In this document: one piece after another, positions 43,219-57,500 of the stretch
Position numbering within the stretch: position 1 is the first letter of the stretch
Layout of the letters: every line of letters begins with the position of its first letter
From: Chrysomallon squamiferum
Lineage: Eukaryota > Animalia > Mollusca
Assembly (NCBI GenBank): GCA_012295275.1
Contig: CM022670.1
Coordinates: 24,862,001 to 24,926,000, forward strand
Length of the DNA stretch: 64,000 nt
Reading direction: 5' to 3'
The notes under the pieces: model-generated
The model's input: the letters and a program-made list of their open reading frames with translations, nothing else
Told to the model about the DNA's origin: nothing
Database searches by the model: none
Made by a program: the position numbers and the translations under genes

Positions 43219-43543
43219 GAAATAAATAGAAAAAAAAGAGAAAGAAATTAGAAAATTAAATTGTCAGTTATTCCTGTTTCTAACTAAATCAAAATGAGTT
43301 AACAATGACAATGGCTGTCTAATCTTGTGTTTCAATTATTGACGTCATATCGTCGTTCGGAATACCTCGTTTATTTTCGACATTTTCAATGTTCAGGTGG
43401 TAGTGGTGATGGCCGTAATAGTGTTCTTTTGAACTAGTTATACAAAGTTTTAAGTTATTTTTAGTCATCTTATCTTTGAAGTTCTGGATATAGTCACACA
43501 CACACACACACGGACACAAACGTACATACATATGTATATATAT

Positions 43544-43626
<83 letters not shown>

Positions 43627-43862
43627 TATATATATACATACATATATACCATAAATAATAATTTAAATAATAATAATAATAATAATAATAATAATTTATG
43701 TCATTAAAAAAAGAAGAAAAAAAAAAAAAGAGAGATGAAAGTTAAAATCTGAGAGAAAAATATCAACAACCACCATGAAATTAATACCAAATATGCCATA
43801 CTAAATCAAAAACCACCCAAATACAATATACTGAATAAATAAATAAATAAAAAATAAACAAA

Positions 43863-43894
<32 letters not shown>

Positions 43895-44553
43895 GATTAA
43901 GAATTTAATTTTTTTTTTTAAATTATACATACATACATATATGCGAAATTTCAGCGAATTAATATTACTAACAAAAAAATAAGAAAATACCACTTTCGTT
44001 ACAGGGATGAACACTGGTATGCCATACTGGGACTATACAAGGCCGCTGTCACACCTTCCGAGCCTTGTACAGAATCCCGTCTTCATTGACCCCCAGGGTG
44101 GCAAGGCCAAGACAAATTCCTGGTACGAGGGAGCTATTGATCACGCCAACACGCACACAGCACGTGCAGTGGACGATCGCCTGTTTGAGACGGTGGGGTA
44201 TGGTCAGCACACAGAACTGTTTGACCATGTCCTTGATGCTCTTGAACAAGACGAGTATTGCCAGTTTGAGATACAGTTAGAAGTCAGTCACAACTCCATT
44301 CACCTTTTGACTGGTGGCCGATACTGGTAATTTTTGAATATTCTTAAAAAAATATTTGTGTTAAAGTCTGTTCATAATAATTATCGCTTCCAGTGTTAAT
44401 ATTGTATAATTTTATTAATTTATGTTTTTGATTATTCAGAAACAATTTAATAAAAGAATGCATATCAGTACAATACCATAACTATACTATTTGTATAATA
44501 ATATTAATTACCATAAGTCTATGAAGAAACACAATGAGCTAAAAAAGAAAGAA

Positions 44554-44610
<57 letters not shown>

Positions 44611-47600
44611 TACAAATAAAATAAATAAATAAATAAATAAATACATAAATAAAATAATAATATTAAAAAAACAGAAGTAGAAAAAATACATTTAAAGTCT
44701 GCATCGCGATTTGATTTCAGCACCTACCGCTGTAAAGGCTAGTTAGTATCTTTGCCTTTGCAGTATCTTTGTATTAATTTCAGCCAAATATAACTTTTTC
44801 TATAAACATTGTTACCACAGTAATAGTTATGAAGCAAATTTAACGCAAAAACTGAAACATATGCGATCTTTTTTTCTTGTTCCTTTTAGGTATTCTATGT
44901 CATCTCTGGAATATACGTCATACGACCCGTTGTTCTTCCTTTACCATTCGAATGTAGATCGTATCTTCGCTATCTGGCAGGAGCTGCAGAAAGCCAGAGG
45001 CAAGCCGTGGGACAGTACAAACTGTGGTATCCATATGTTCAAAAACCTGGAACCATTCAACAGGCCAGAGAACACTGATCCTCTAACGAAAGCGCACTCC
45101 ACAGGTGCAGCTACATTTGACTACCACCAGCTTGGCTACAGGTATACAGTACTCTTAACTCGTTAACTGAAAAATGAGGCATGTGTACATTATATTAATC
45201 TTTATTTTGGTTGGTATCATGTAACTTGCCAAAACTAAAAGACAATGGTGAACAGATAAAATTGTCCATATTAAATGCATATATATATATATATACAAGT
45301 GGGTGTATATATATATTTTTTTTTTAGTTTCGATGATCTGACGATAAACGATTTGAACAGCCAGCAATTGCTGAAAGTTCTGGAAGAACGAAAATCCGGT
45401 GATCGTCTCTTTGCCAGCTTCCAGCTACATGGAGTCGGTATATCGGCAAATGTTCACGTATATCTGTGTCTTCCATCTAAAGATGAGAACTCGCCTGATC
45501 ACTGCGAATTCTCTGGCGATTTCTTCATTCTAGGCGGTCCCACTGAGATGCCATGGACGTTTGCCTTCCCCTACTACTTTGACGTCACTAAAACGCTAAG
45601 CAAGTTCCCCGGAGCAGACGCTTCATTCGATTTCTACGCCAAAGCTGAAGTTACTGCTGTAAACGGCACCCTGCTTCCAGAGCACAGTCTGCCTGATCCA
45701 AAACTTGTTCGGAAACCAGGAACGAAAAGTCATGATGGTGAGTTTAAATGGTTAAATCGGAATAACTGTAATACATATACAGCGTTCACCAGAAGTAACA
45801 TCCAGCTTATGTTTCAGTTTCTTTTTCATCTCATTTTCAGAGATTTTATATCGAAAACAAACTTTAATACCTAAAAACATATATATGTATTTAAATTATA
45901 AATGTAAATAGATTAAACTGTAGATAGCTAATTCATGAAGTTGAGTATTGTCAAACTGAGTCTAATACCAGAAAGCTGAAACTGATTTTATTTAACACTG
46001 AAAAAACTTACTAGTGTACGAAAACTGTTTTTACATATACATTTTTTTTGTCGTTCATTTTATAACAATGAAACAGTTGTGTCCTCAGAAACCGATTCGC
46101 TTCTGCAAACGGCAATAAAGTGCAAAAAGAATTAATTTTTTTGGTAACTTTTTTTTTTTTTTGATAATGATTACTGGTGAATGTAACACTGTAATAATAC
46201 AAACTGCTCTTTCAGAATCCGTTCATGAAGGTAAGGATCACAAAATCCGCAAAAATATTGAAACGTTGACACTGCAGGAACAGTACGATTTGAGGAAAGC
46301 TTTAACAGCTGTACAAAAAGATAAAAGTTCAGGCGGATTCCAGACAATTGCATCTTATCACGGACAACCAATTTGGTGTCCTACTCCAGATGCTAAGAAG
46401 AAATATGCTTGTTGTGTTCATGGCATGGCTACATTTCCACACTGGCATCGTCTTATAACAGTACAGTTTGAGAACGCTCTTAGACGTCACGGTTACACGG
46501 GGGCTGTTCCATACTGGGATTGGACCAAACCTATTTCTGCTCTCCCAGCTCTCGCAAAGGATGCCAAGTTCAAGGATCCATTCTCTGGCGAAACTGTAGA
46601 TAACTCTTGGTATAAGGCCTATATTGATGAAGCCAAGACAGAGACCGCTCGTGCAGTCGGCGACAAACTTTTCGCTGCACCAAAGAGTGGTCATCGATTC
46701 ACGGATACCGCTGAGCAAGTACTTTTGGCATTAGAACAGGACAATTTCTGTGACTTTGAGGTACAATATGAAATAATCCATAATATGATCCATGCTGAGG
46801 TCGGCGGTCCAGAAAAGTATTCCATGGGATCCCTGCGGTACACAGCATACGATCCTATATTTTTCCTACATCATTCCATGACTGACAAACTCTGGGCAAT
46901 CTGGCAAGCTTTGCAGAAAGAGAGAGGAAAGCCGTACAATTCAGCTGATTGTGCCGCAAAAGAAATGCGCAAACCACTACAACCTTTTGGGCAGGTCAGT
47001 GTCAATCCTGATCACGTTACTAGGGATCATGCAGTTCCGATTAGCGCTTTCGATTATAAAGATAGTTTTGGTTACGAATACGACGATCTTCAGTTCAATG
47101 GAATGTCTATAAACCAGCTTGAAAAAGAAATCAACCAGATGCGTGCCAAAAAGAGGGTATTTGCAGGATTTTATCTACACGGCATCAAGCATACTGCCAT
47201 GGTCAGCCTGAAAGTTTGTCGCGGTTCTAGTGAATATGATTGTAAACACGCCAGCGAATTCTACATATTTGGAGATGAATACGAAATGCCATGGAAATAT
47301 GACAGAATTTACAAGCATGATATCACCGAAGCACTGGCTAAGTTGGAGCTGCAACACGATGACGACTTCCATATCAAATATTCAATCGTTACCTTAGATG
47401 GCAAAAAACTAGGAAATAATCTTTTTGGCAAGCCAGTAATTATTCGTGACAAAGGCACAGGTTTGTTTAGTACTGAGCGCATATTGAAAAACAATAATAA
47501 TAAATAAATTAACAGTCAGTTTATATATTAGACAATTTCATGGTCGTAACTAGACTGTTTTTGAAATGAGACAAAAATATTTAATCACCGAGCGGAGCGG

Positions 47601-50600
47601 GGCAAAACAATTTGGTTAAGGGATTTGGATATCAGTGGATATCGTTTCTATTTGAAGAGCGATTTATACTTTATATGCTTTAAATAAAATCTTTGTATAA
47701 ATATTTTTTTTAATAATAATAAAATAAAATAAAATAAAAATGTTCGTCAATTTCAATATGAGGCCTCATTTCTGTTAATGTAGTTACGGCCATGGACTTT
47801 TAATATGTGGTGTAAAAAATTAAGCGATTTTGAAATTCAAACGATGAATGTGTCTGATTATTTATTAATGCATCCTTTGTTATTATTACAAGAGAACAAC
47901 AACAAACAAAAATATATATATATATATGATTAAAACGATCCTGCTTTATCTCTGTACTTTCATAAGTATTTCCAATGTCAAACAATTTATGCTTCACAAC
48001 AACTGTGGTGATTATATGTAACTGATTCTTATATTTATTTTATTTTATTATTTTTTTTAATTTCTGTAGCTGAAGAAGAGGATGACGACCATCTTGTAGT
48101 CCGCAAAGATGTTAGCAAATTAACACCAAAAGAACAACATGACCTGAGACATGCTCTTCAAGCCTTCAAAGCAGACAAAACAACTGGTGGATTTCAGGCA
48201 ATTGCAGCTTATCACGGACAACCCCAATATTGTCCGACCCCAGAAGCCAAATCGAAATTCGCATGCTGCGTGCACGGGATGGCTACATTCCCTCACTGGC
48301 ACAGACTTATAACAGTGCAGTTTGAGAACGGACTTAGAAGGCACGGCTATTCAGGAGCTGTACCATACTGGGACTGGACCCAACCGCACACAAATGTTCC
48401 ATTTCTGACGAGGGACCGTTCATATACAAACCCCTATTCCGGAGAATTAACTGAGAATTCATGGTACAATGGTCACATCGATGAAGCCAACACTGTTACT
48501 ACTCGATCAGTCCATCATCATGAAGAAGGAGAAGAAAGTCACAACACATATCTTCTAGAACAGACATTATTGGCCTTGGAACAGGAAGATTTCTGTGACT
48601 TTGAAATACAGTTTGAAGTTCTTCACAACGCAATTCATTTATTGATTGGCGGGAAAGATATCCACTCCATGGCAAATCTGCGTTACACAGCCTACGATCC
48701 TATTTTCTACCTTCACCATTCCATGATTGACAAACTCTGGGCTATATGGCAGGCTGTGCAGAAGCATAGAGGAAAGCCATACAATTCAGCCAACTGTGCA
48801 CAAAGTGAAATGCAGACAGCACTACATCCATTTGATATGGCCGGTGTTAATCCAGATCCTGTCACACGGAAACACGCAATCCCAAACACTGTCTTCAACT
48901 ACAAAAATGAATTTCATTACAAATATGACAATCTTGAATTTAATGGTATGTCCATTCCAGAATTGTCAAAAGAATTGTATCGCAGACGCGCAAGAGGCAG
49001 AGAATTTGCAGGCTTTATGTTGCACGGAATAGGCAAGAGTGCTAAAGTGAAGTTTGACATTTGTCCTGGCGTTGGACACACTAACTGCAAACATGCCGGC
49101 GAATTCTACATTCTTGGAGACAAGTATGAAATGCCTTGGAGCTATGAAAGATATTACAAATACGAAATAACCGATGCGTTGGCTGACATGAATATTCACC
49201 ATTACGATGCATATCATTTGGTTTATACCGTTTACGATAGAGAAGGACATAAAATAGGAAACAGTCAGTTCGGCACACCCGTTGTTATTCATGTCAGCGG
49301 TGAAGGTTTGTATTTATATGTGTATGTGTGTGTACATACATACATACATACATACATATACACATATACACACATACTAACATACATATATACATACACA
49401 GACACATTATTCATGTCAGCGGTGAAGGTTTGTATTTATATGTGTATGTGTGTGTACATACATACATACATACATACATATACACATATACACACATACT
49501 AACATACATATATACATACACAGACACATATACATAAACACATAAACACCCGCACAAATTCATATTAGTCATCACCTTGCACGAATTCTCTCAGAATAAT
49601 AAAATTATAATAAAACTGATAAATTATCGGGCGACATAATGAATAGCACTGATGAACAATTTTGGTTTTAACGTCAACACAAAAAGGCAAATTATTGACT
49701 TTAGCTTACACAAACATTTATTCTAATACAATACACGATTTTATATGTACGGATATATAAAACACATGCATAAATTCTGGGACCAGAATTCGAAATTTTA
49801 ATAGCTTACTTCAACAATTTTCAGTGTTTTGACAAGTAATTTAAAATTATATATTATAAATGTTACATTATCATATACACAACATCTCTCAGTTGTATAT
49901 TATTTCTGGTATATAACCCCAATACCAGACACATTATATATAAAGTATCAAATTACTTTTTAAATTCTACAAATCTAAATGGGTTAATTAAAGGCTGGAC
50001 TATTAAGTTAGATCTTAGAAAATTATTTTAGTTTTACTGTAGTGATATACACAGTCATGTTCTAAATGCGTTATAGAAAGAGATATATGTATCACCTGAA
50101 TGAAAAACACAGTAATTTTATTTTTCAGATTTTACTTTTGAAGATCAGCTAATAGTAAGAAAAAGTGTTGATTCGTTATCACCAAAAGAAACAAATCAGT
50201 TGAGAAAAGCATTGGCTGCACTAAAAGAAGACAAGACTAACTTTGGATTCCAGACAATGGCTGCTTATCATGGACAGCCCATCTGGTGCCCCAAACCAAC
50301 CGCTGAAAAGAAGTATGCTTGCTGTGTTCACGGCATGCCTACCTTCCCTCACTGGCACAGGCTGATAACTGTACAGTTTGAGAATGGCCTCAAACGACAC
50401 GGCTATACAGGAGCTGTGCCGTACTGGGACTGGACCGTGCCTCATAATCAGCTTCCAGATCTTGCCAGAGACCCAAAGTATACTGATCCAGTTACTGGAG
50501 ACACATTAGAAAACTCTTGGTATAAAGGTCACATAGATGAAGCTAATGCCGAGACAGTTCGTTCGATAGATGACGCACTGTTTCAAAAACCTTCTGGCCG

Positions 50601-51528
50601 TTATACACGTTTAGCTCAGGAAGTGCTACTTGCTCTCGAGCAGGATGATTTCTGCGACTTCGAAGTCCACTTCGAGATTGTCCACAACATGGTGCATGCA
50701 CTTCTTGGCGGACCAGAAAAGTTCTCCATGAGTTCCCTAAGATACACAGCCTACGATCCTATTTTCTTTCTTCACCATTCTATGACTGACAAAATATGGG
50801 CAATTTGGCAAGCTCTGCAGAAACAGAGAGGAAAGGCCTATAATTCCGCAGATTGTGCCCTTTCTGAAATGCAAAAGAAACTTCAGCCATTTGGACTTTC
50901 CAGAGAGGTCAATCCGGATCCTCTGACCAGAGGCCATGCTGTTCCTTTGACCGTCTTTGACTATAAAAACAGTTTTGGTTATAAATACGACAATCTGGAA
51001 TTTAATGGTCTTTCTGTTGAACAGCTTTCTAAAGAAATTGATCGCATACGATCGAAAGAGAGGTTTTTTGCTGGATTTAAGCTGCATGGAATTAAATGCA
51101 CCGCGCAAGTACATTACCATATTTGTGCAGGAACTAGTGAAATTAACTGCAAACATGGCGGGGAATTCTACATTTTTGGAGACGAATATGAAATGCCATG
51201 GACATACAGTAGAGTGTACAAACAAGACATTACTGACGTAGTTCACGAAATGGGTTTTACCTCAGAAGACCCTTTCCACGTCGTCTACACTATTTACGCA
51301 CTGGATGGCACTGAATTAGGACATGATCAGTTTGGCGTCCCGGAAATTATTCACGACATGGGTACAGGTAGGCTGTAGACCAGATTAACTGTCTGACTGT
51401 AATAATTCAGATTTCTGAAAATCAAACAACAATTACAATTTCAGTTTCAGCAATTTCTGCTTCTTTTATTTTTATTTAATTTATAAAATATATGCTTGCG
51501 TATGGATGTGTGAATCTGTGTATTTATC

Positions 51529-51595
<67 letters not shown>

Positions 51596-54500
51596 CAATT
51601 ACACTAGCCATTTAAACGGGAGTAATGATATAGCGCATATAAGAATTTTACAATGTAAGCAGGAAAAACCGTTATTTATATACGAGTCGGAAATCATAAA
51701 CCAAAAAGAAATACATTTTTCCCGGTATCTTGAAGACTTGTATTAACAAGGACACATATTTACGCACTGATATATATTCTGATTCTACTCTTTTCCTTCA
51801 TTTTTCTGATTATTGATTCCTTTCTATTTTCTTTTTCTTTTTCCTTTATTCAAATTTTTTTTTGAGCTGTACACTACAAAAATACTATCACTGCTTTCAG
51901 CTATGTCACGATTTTATCACCGATCGGAACTAGTGACTCGTAAGGACATTGCACAGTTAACAGAAAATGAAGTCTACGAACTGCGGGAAGCCATGGACCG
52001 CTGGCAGCACGACCTGTCAGTTGTCGGGTATCAGGCGATCTCCGAGTACCACGGCGAGCCTGCACGATGTCCTCGACCTGACGCAGCTGTCCGCTGGGCA
52101 TGCTGTCACCACGGAATGCCCACCTTCCCTCACTGGCACAGAGTGTTCATGGCTCAGGTTAGAGTACCGTCCGATGTGATGATACTTGCTAGCAATATAT
52201 GAGATTTCGATCAGAGAGTAAACAAATAAATTAAAGTAAATCAATAAGTGAGTAAAGAAACAAAGACTGAATAAGGAAAGAGGCGCAGATATGTGCAAGA
52301 CCTAACCAATAAGCTTGAAAAAGGTAAGTCGTAATATAAATGAATGTATATTTGTTTTTTTTTACAGATGGAGGACGAACTGGTGGACCGAGATTCGCCT
52401 ATTGGTGTTCCATACTGGGACTGGTCTCTTCCAATGACTGAATTACCAAAGATCGTTACTGATGAGACCTACACAACAGCTAACGGAGAAGTAAAGAAAA
52501 ATCCATTTTACAAAGTTCACATAGAACATGTGGATAAAGACACTACAAGAAATGTAGTTACAGATCTTTTGTTTGAAAAGCCCAAGTTCGGTGATCATAC
52601 ATACCTCTTCGATGCTATGATTTTTGCATTCGAGCAAGAAGACTTCTGTGACTTTGAAGTTCAGTTTGAAGTAATCCACAATGCTGTGCATCTGTGGGTT
52701 GGTGGAGACGGATTATATTCTATGGCTCACCTGCACTACACATCGTATGATCCAATCTTCTACCTGCACCACTCGAATGTTGATCGTTTATGGGTCATCT
52801 GGCAAGAACTGCAGAAAATGCGTGGAAAGCCATATGTCGCAAACTGCGCCAAGAGCGAGATGTCTAAGAGAATGACACCATTTTCCTTTAAACCACCTCT
52901 AAACAACAATGTCAAAACTCGGGCACACTCTCTACCAAATACTCTGTATGATTACGAGCACCTTGGCTACCAATACGACGCTTTGCAATTTGGTGGCATG
53001 AACATTCATGATTTAGAAGCTTACATCCAGCTGCAGAAGAAGAAAGATCGTACATTCGCAGGATTCCAACTTGGCGGTATTAAAACGTCTGCTAATGTAG
53101 ATGTCTTCGTGAATGGAGTAAAAGCAGGCACATTCTCCATCTTGGGAGGTGAAAAGGAAATGCCATGGTCATTTGATAGGCCTTACATGTTTGAAATCAC
53201 TAACGCACTGGTCGAACTTGGTTTAAAACCTACTGATGACTATTCTGTAACAATAACGATCAAAGAATACAACGGAAATGATCTGGATTCAAATCTGATA
53301 CCTGAACCCCTTATCATCTTTAAACCCGGCATTGGTAAGTATAACGTTTACTACATCTTTTCATTTATCACCTTAATAAGCTTAAAGGTTTCGATTAATT
53401 TTGGCCATTTGAGAAAAACCATATTTCTAGGTGGTGAACAAAACTATCTAGATACTTGTAAAATGTGATTAATTTATTTTTTTAGTAAATTAGATAAATA
53501 TTTAAATGATAAATGAACTTGTAATATTTCCAAATAGAATATTCAGTTTTCGAGAACAACAACAGCTACAGCAGCAGCAGCAACAGCAACAACAGCAACA
53601 ATAATAATAATAGTAAACATCATACAATTGTCATAATAATTATATATATCTTTAAAAATTACTTTTTTTAATGTCATGTTATTGAAGATGTTGTGTCTAC
53701 TTTTAGTAGATAATACGTTAGTATCTATTTTTGTTTTCAGTTGATGTGCACGAAGAAGAAAACCACTCTGAAACAAGAAAAAATGTTGATATGCTATCCC
53801 CGCAAGAGGTATATCAACTCAGACGTGCTTTGGCAAGTCTGCAGGAAGACAAAACTCACGCTGGATTCCAAACAATTGCAGCTTATCACGGACAGCCTTA
53901 TTGGTGCCCTTCACCAGACGCCGAGAAAAAGTATGCTTGCTGTATTCACGGAATGGCAGTCTTCCCTCACTGGCACAGACTCTTAACGGTGCAGTTTGAA
54001 AATGGCCTCAGACGACATGGATACACAGGTGCAGTGCCTTACTGGGATTGGAGCAGACCTCTTACTGAATTGCCAGCCCTTGTCAAAGATCCGACCTACA
54101 AAGATCCAATTACCGGAGATGAAAAACCTAATTCTTGGTTTAAGGCTCATATTGACGAGGCCGGTGTTGATACAGAACGATCTATCGTCGACAGACTCTT
54201 TGAAAAGCCAGCAATGAACCACTATACCAACGTTGCACAGCAAATGCTTCTGGCTCTGGAACAAGACAATTTCTGCGATTTCGAAGTTCAATATGAGGTA
54301 GCCCATAATCTAATTCACGCTCTGGTTGGTGGAGATAAAGTTCATTCCATGGGATCCCTGCGATACACCGCTTATGATCCTATATTCTTCTTGCACCATT
54401 CGATGACAGATAAAGTCTGGGCTATCTGGCAAGCTCTGCAAAGGTACAGAGGAAAACCGTATAATATTGCAAATTGCGCTTTATCGTCAATGTGGAAACC

Positions 54501-57500
54501 GCTTCAACCGTTTGGTCTGTCGAGTTACATCAATCCTGACCAGGTTACAAGAGACCATTCATTACCAGCGATGTCTTTCGACTACAAACATCACTTGGGC
54601 TACGACTATGATAACCTAGATTTCAATGGGCTTTCCGTGCAGCAACTGGAAAGAGAATTCTACCGCAGACGATTGAAGGAGAGGGTATTTGCAGGCTTTT
54701 TATTGTACGGAATAAAGAATAGTGCCATGATAAAATTCAAAGTCTGCGCAGGAGCCAATTGCAAAGATGGTGGTGAATTTTATCTGCTGGGAGACGAATA
54801 TGAAATGCCATGGAAGTATGATAGAACGTTCAAATACGAAATCACCGATCTTCTTCACGAGATGAATCTCCGTCCTGGAGATGACTATCATATCACCTAC
54901 ACAATCTACGCGTTGGATGGTACAAATCTAGGTAGCGATAAATACGGCACGCCTACAATAATTTACGACAGAGGCGCAGGTATGTTAACAAACTTATTAA
55001 ACAAGTTGAATACAGTTTGTAATATAACTAATTTTATCAATAATATATATATACACAGAAGCTGCGCAAATTATGTTTTAAAGGCTATTAAAACGTTCAT
55101 TTCCGTGTATTATTATTATTAATTTAAATATTAGATCAACAATATTAATTCTAATTAAACAACATCATAATCTTTCGATTCTATTTTTTACAGCGCTTTT
55201 CGAAGATGAATACACTCACCCTATAAATATAGCCACCCACGTTAGAAAAGATATTTACAGCCTTAATGATGGCGAAATTGAGAGTCTTAGAGCGGCCTTC
55301 AATGTTCTTCATCGAGACGGCACCTATGAGAACATTGCCAAAACCCATGGACATCCAGGTCTCTGTGATGGCTTAGCTTGCTGTGTACATGGGATGCCAA
55401 CATTCCCACACTGGCACAGAGTTTATGTTGTACAGGTTGCAATCGCTCTCTTACAACAGGGTTCAGCTACTCCTGTACCCTACTGGGATTGGACCAGCCC
55501 CTTGACAGAAATTCCAAAACTTTTATCCGATGCGACATTCTATAATTCAAGAGAACAAAGATACGACCCGAATCCATTCTTTAGTGGAAAAATCAGTGAT
55601 ATAAATCAAGTCACATCTCGTGCACCCAAACCAGAACTCTTTCATTCAAACTATTTTTACGAGAATACCTTGTTAGCATTTGAGCAGGATAATTTCTGTG
55701 ATTTTGAAATTCAGTTCGAAGTGACCCATAACGCATTCCATCTTTGGCTTGGTGGTCGAGACACTTATTCAATGTCGACGTTGGACTTTTCCGCCTTTGA
55801 TCCAGCTTTCTTTGTATACCATGCCAACACCGACAGACTGTGGGCAATTTGGCAGGAATTGCAGCGATATCGAAAGAAACCATACAATAGTGCTGATTGT
55901 GCCATCAATCTGATGCACGTTCCTTTAAGACCATTTAATGGTCCGGACAATAAGAATCCAATCACCAGGAAAGCAAGCACGCCATTTGACGTGTTTGATT
56001 ATCAGAACAACCTTAAGTACACGTTCGATACTTTGATATTCAACAATCTGACCATCCCAGACCTGGAAGATATCCTAATTGATAGAAAGAAACACGACAG
56101 AGTATTTGTGGGAGTCATGTTGCATGGCGTGAAATCATCCGCACAAGTAACTATTTACGTGTGCGTCCCAGTCGGCACAGGAAAAAAGAATTGTAACAAC
56201 AAAGCTGGAGTCTTCTGTCTTCTTGGAGGTCCTTTAGAAATGCCTTTTACTTTTGATCGACTCTTCAAGTATGACATCACTGATACCCTTCTTCGTCTAG
56301 GAATGGACCTGCAAAGTCATGCTTTTGATATCAAGCTTCATGTTGAAACTCATGATGGAAGAGTACTACCTTCAGATACATTTGGCGAGCCAACCATAAT
56401 GTTTGTTCCTGGTACAGGTAAAGACTGCTGTTATATTTGTCAGTTTTATGATATGTGTGGGCTGTTTATATGTTTGTATGTTAATATTTATATAGTACCT
56501 TCCACTAATATTAATAAACTATCATTTTTTTGTCCTGAAACAGGTGAATAATTATTTTATTACTGACTATGTTCTACTTTCACATTTTAAAGAAAAATAT
56601 TCTGATCTTGAAGAATTCTTCGAAGCAGTATTAGTTTTATAATACCGTAATATTTGTACAATCACTAATGCAGTCTCATAAATTCTGAACATAATACAGT
56701 TTGTATATATGTTTGTTGTCGTATATTTATGTATATAAATAATAATGTTACCTAAATTCGAATAAGTTATTTCGTTATAACTGAAATTTACTTAATTGAC
56801 TAACCTTTAATTTTAGAAACTCGACAGACTGATGATGGACGCAGAACTAAATATGCAGTTCGAAAGAACATTAATCATCTCAGTCCTAAAGAAACTCTTA
56901 GTCTCGTTAAAGCCTTGAGGTCAATGCAGGCTGACAGTTCTGCCGATGGATTCCAAAATATTGCTTCATTCCACGCGCTACCTCCACTGTGTCCAAGTCC
57001 AACTGCAGCTAAACGATATGCCTGTTGTGTCCATGGTATGGCAACTTTCCCTCAGTGGCATCGATTACACATGGTACAGTTCGGAGAATCTCTGATGAAA
57101 CATGGCACTCCACTCTGCGTTCCTTACTGGGTGTGGTCAAGACCTCAATCAGCTCTGCCAGAATTACTTACAAAAGATTCTTTTACCGATCCTGAAACGG
57201 GCGAAGAAATATCAAACCCATGGAAGGTAGCACACATTGATTTCGAAAATGCCGACACAACCAGGGATCTTATAACTAGTAAACTGTTCCCACCTGCAAA
57301 GGGAGGTTACAAAACATGGTACTACGATCAAGTAATGTATGCTTTGGAACAAGAAAACTTCTGTGATTTTGAGGTTCAGTTTGAAGTCATGCATAATGGT
57401 ATCCATTTGTGGATGGGTGGAAATAAAGAATATTCAATGAGTCATCTAAACTACACATCATACGATCCAGCTTTCTACGTACATCATTCTGAATGCGACA

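Noticed and set aside
46216-51367. Extra FUs as an assembly artefact or a separate gene
   Set aside because: The copies are substantially diverged in exons and introns, have clean phase-1 splice sites, and no promoter, signal peptide or stop separates them from FU-a or FU-b.
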